From: Vicinamibacteria bacterium
Lineage (GTDB): Bacteria > Acidobacteriota > Vicinamibacteria > Vicinamibacterales > JAENWD01
Direction of reading: 5' to 3'
Length of the DNA stretch: 64,000 nt
Assembly (NCBI GenBank): GCA_963739995.1
Contig: CAVUCH010000017.1
Location: 203,353-267,352, forward strand
The translations under genes were made by a program, and so were the position numbers. Within the stretch, counting starts at the first letter, position 1. The number at the start of each line of letters is the position of its first letter. The notes under the pieces are model-generated. The model ran no database searches and was not told where the DNA came from. It was given only the letters and a program-made list of their open reading frames with translations. Shown one piece after another: positions 61,337 to 64,000 of this stretch.

Positions 61337-63469
61337 TCACCGCGTGCCCGACTTCAGCTCGAGGACACCGGCGCTCACCGCGGAATCGAGGGCGCTCGCG
61401 ACGTCTTCGAAGGTGACCGCGCCGTAGTACCACTCGCCGGCGTGATCCGCCTCCGCCGCGACGGAACGGTAGACGTCGAAGTACGTCCGCGTACCGTCCA
61501 CGAAGTTCAGCGCCTCGTAGAACATCAGGGGGTGCAGGCGATCCGGCCGCTTGATCTTGTCGCGCTTGTCGAGGAACCCCTGCACGTCGTCCACCATCGC
61601 CGGCACCTTGGCGACAGACGCCTGGCGTTCGGATGACACGGCCGGCTGCGGCACATTCTTCTCGCCCGTCAGGCTCGAGAAAAATGCGGCCATGCCCGCC
61701 TCTGCCGCCGCGTCGGTCGGCAGCTGTTCCAGCATGCGCGACAGCACCTGCTGACCGGGGCCGCCCCCCGGCGCCAGCACACGCGCCGATTCCAGAGCGC
61801 GGCGCTCCCGCCGCGCCGCCTCCCGCACAAGGTTCGCGGCCCTGCCGTAGACCTCACGCCGACGCTCTGCAGGAGCGGCGGTGATCATGGTCATGGCCGT
61901 CGCAGCGTCGCGGCTCGTGCGCTCGAGCGCCTGCCCGTATACGAACGAGGCGAGAGCGGGCAGCTCCGTGTCGCCGGCCGTCGCTACGTAGTACGCGCTG
62001 GCCGCGACGGCCACCGCATTGCGCTTCAGCTGGGTGGCGTCGATCTGCCAGAGGTCATCGTCGCTCGAGTGGATGAACGGGTCGGGCCAGTTCGTGAAGG
62101 TGACTCCGGGCACGCCGATGATGCCCATGTTGAACACCTGGTGGTCGGTGTTGTTGTGGAAGGGAATGACCCGCGCATCATAACGCTCGCGCGTGCCGAG
62201 CCGCGAGAGCACCGGCCGCGAGTACTCGATCTCGCCCGGCGCCGGATCGCCCGGCGTGAGGCCCCGCGCCTGGCCCGCTGCCAGGAACGCGGTGTTTCCC
62301 TGCACGAGCGACTCGACGATTGACTCCACCACGTCGCCGAGGAAGCTCGGTCGCGAGAACGGCGGCCTGGTGACGAACTGCACGCGGCTGCCGGCTGACT
62401 GCCGGGCGCCGACCATATCCTGGTTGATGTTGACGAGGAACTGGCGGCGCTCGTCCGGATGGTCGGCGAAGTACTGCTCCTCGGCGCTGATCTCGTCAAC
62501 CCACCAGAAGCGGATGTCGCGGCGGGGGCGCGGCAGCCGTCCCTCGTCGATCAGCTTTCTTGAGCGCCCGCCCGATCTCCAGCACGCTCGCGCACCCGCT
62601 GGCATCGTCGTTGGCCGAGAACATCTCCTCCTGGAGGTGGCCCGTGAGCACGATGTCCTGGTCGTGGATCTCGGTGCCGCGAATCACGGCCTCGACGATC
62701 GCCTGCGACGCGGGCTCGTGAAACACCGACTCGACGCGCGCGCGCACCTTGAACCCTTTGCCCCCGCGGCGGTCATCTCTCGACGCAGCCGCATCCCCTC
62801 ACGGTGCGTGAGCACGAATGCGAACGTCCCCTGCTTGCTCTTGTCCTTGTTCTCGACGGGGACACGCATCCACGGGTACTGATCGGGGTAGTCCGGAACG
62901 CGGGCTGTCATCGTGAACGCGACGACCCCTAGCGCGCCCCGCTTCCAGACCGCTTCCTCCATGGTGCGCGCGAGCGCACCGCTCGCGAGGACAATCCTGC
63001 CGCGCACGTCCTTGCCCGTGTAGTCCGATGCCGCAGTGCCGTCCCCGACGTCCACCAACTCGGCCGATCCGACGTCGGTGCTCCGGCTGAAGTCGGCAAG
63101 CGCGAGCGGGATCTCCTTGCTGTAGGCCAGCCGCCGTTCCTCCGGCGCGATCAGCCACAGCTCGCCCACGCCCGGTGTCCAGCTCCGGTCGCCCCGGAGG
63201 CCGATATAACGCACGTCTTCCAACCCATAGGCGCGTGCCTTCTCCTCGACGTACCGGGCAACCGCCTCGAAGCCCTCGTTGCCTCCCATCGGCCGGTGAT
63301 GATGCGTGAACCAGCGCGCGTGCTGGAAGGCGATGTCGCCGGATATCTCGTTCGTCAGCGCCCTGTACACCCGATCGTTCAGGAATGGCGATTCCTGTGC
63401 GGACGACGTCCGCGCGGGGCCCGCCAACAACAGAACCGCAGCGGCACACGAAACCGGGAAGCTTCGCAT
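61337..63469 (-). pseudogene. PA-domain / M28-like peptidase homologue split by two frame breaks (near 62760 and 62557)
   Basis: Three consecutive ORFs in three frames read as one protein. First: signal peptide and PA-like domain, ending ...REMTAAGAKG. Second: FKVRARVESVFHEPAS...ANDDASGCASVLEIGRALKK. Third: LIDEGRLPRPRRDIRFWWVDEISAEEQ...NNTDHQVF...IHSSDDD. The junctions fall at a GGGGG run and an AAA run. Confidence 0.75.
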
Positions 63470-63531
63470 CGTCTTTACGCTCCGCGCGTGGCTGGATGAT
63501 CTTCCTGCCGTTTTCACCGAGGCCCTGTGGG

Positions 63532-63999
63532 TCACGGTCCGACTGCCGATGCCCCACCCGGACGCTTGTAGATGACACCGTCCTTCATCACGAACGACAC
63601 CCGCTCCATCGCCGCGATCCCGGCGGTCGGATCGCCCGGCACGGCCACGACATCCGCCAGCTTGCCCGACGCAAGGCTGCCGATGCGGTCATTCGCCCCG
63701 ATGAGCGCGGCGGCATGCACCGTGGCGGCCTGGATTGCCTGCATCGGCGTCATCCCCCACTCGACCATCTTCGCGAACTGCTTGCCGTTGTCGCCGTGCG
63801 GGTAGACACCCGCGTCGCTGCCGAACGCCAGCTTCGCGCCGGCCTGGACGGCTCGCTTGAAGCTTTCGCGCTGCGCGCGCCCGACCTTCTTCTCCTTCTC
63901 GATGATCTGCGCCGGGTAGCGGAGGCGGGTGTACTCCTGGACGATGTAGTCGTCGTTGTAGATGTCCATGACGAGATAAGTGCCGCGTTCCTTCGCCAT
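63532..63999 (-). CDS. Amidohydrolase-family protein, C-terminal part (gene runs off the window)
   Basis: LAFGSDAGVYPHG, TPMQAIQAATVHAAALIG and GKLADVVAVPGDP. The ORF is open to the window edge. Confidence 0.8.
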   Translation of the reverse strand: MAKERGTYLVMDIYNDDYIVQEYTRLRYPAQIIEKEKKVGRAQRESFKRAVQAGAKLAFGSDAGVYPHGDNGKQFAKMVEWGMTPMQAIQAATVHAAALIGANDRIGSLASGKLADVVAVPGDPTAGIAAMERVSFVMKDGVIYKRPGGASAVGP

Positions 64000-64000
64000 C

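Overview
GC-rich (about two-thirds G+C by eye, not computed) chromosomal segment with about 50 protein-coding genes on both strands. I found no rRNA or tRNA genes, no CRISPR array, and no recognisable transposase, integrase or phage genes.

The gene content looks like an Acidobacteriota-type soil bacterium; this is an inference, not a database result. It includes a CarboxypepD_reg-type TonB-dependent receptor, Ser/Thr kinases fused to a TolB-like propeller or to TPR repeats, DUF1080, ThuA, three DinB-family genes and five Tat-signal enzymes.

Gene blocks, in order:
- 25-6025: LuxR-type response regulator, Tat-exported enolase-superfamily enzyme and NHL propeller, TonB_C protein.
- 6103-12307: ExeA-like ATPase plus PEGA protein, divergent from an ECF sigma / anti-sigma / DUF4139 group.
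- 12377-21275: stress-type genes (YciE-PRC fusion, WYL regulator, amidohydrolase, DinB x2, GH130, ThuA, ferritin-like).
- 21462-28000: two Ser/Thr kinase loci.
- 33127-39664: a four-gene signalling module (REC-PP2C, a 1482-aa propeller/GAF histidine kinase, two single-domain REC proteins).
- 40799-48195: a minus-strand catabolic cluster (Gfo/Idh/MocA, TIM-barrel isomerase, DUF4432, SDR, CaiB-type CoA-transferase, leaderless SBP-fold protein, crotonase).
- 48455-51031: a membrane 4Fe-4S / HEAT / cNMP-binding protein.
- 51014-64000: DUF1111 di-haem protein, TonB-dependent receptor, peptidases, oxidoreductase.

Most notable observations:
1. A previously unclassified palindromic element. Its invariant 17-nt core GAGATCGGGAGGTGTTT occurs seven times and forms perfect 19-26-bp hairpins just after gene ends at three loci.
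2. Many single-nucleotide reading-frame breaks. At least nine fall in one kinase-TPR gene. Others fall in the GH130, CaiB, M28-like and PEGA genes, often at short homopolymers. They could be pseudogenes or assembly indels; this sequence alone cannot tell which.
3. Unusual domain fusions and two shared intergenic motifs.

I did not find a convincing classical defence system, and I say so rather than force one.
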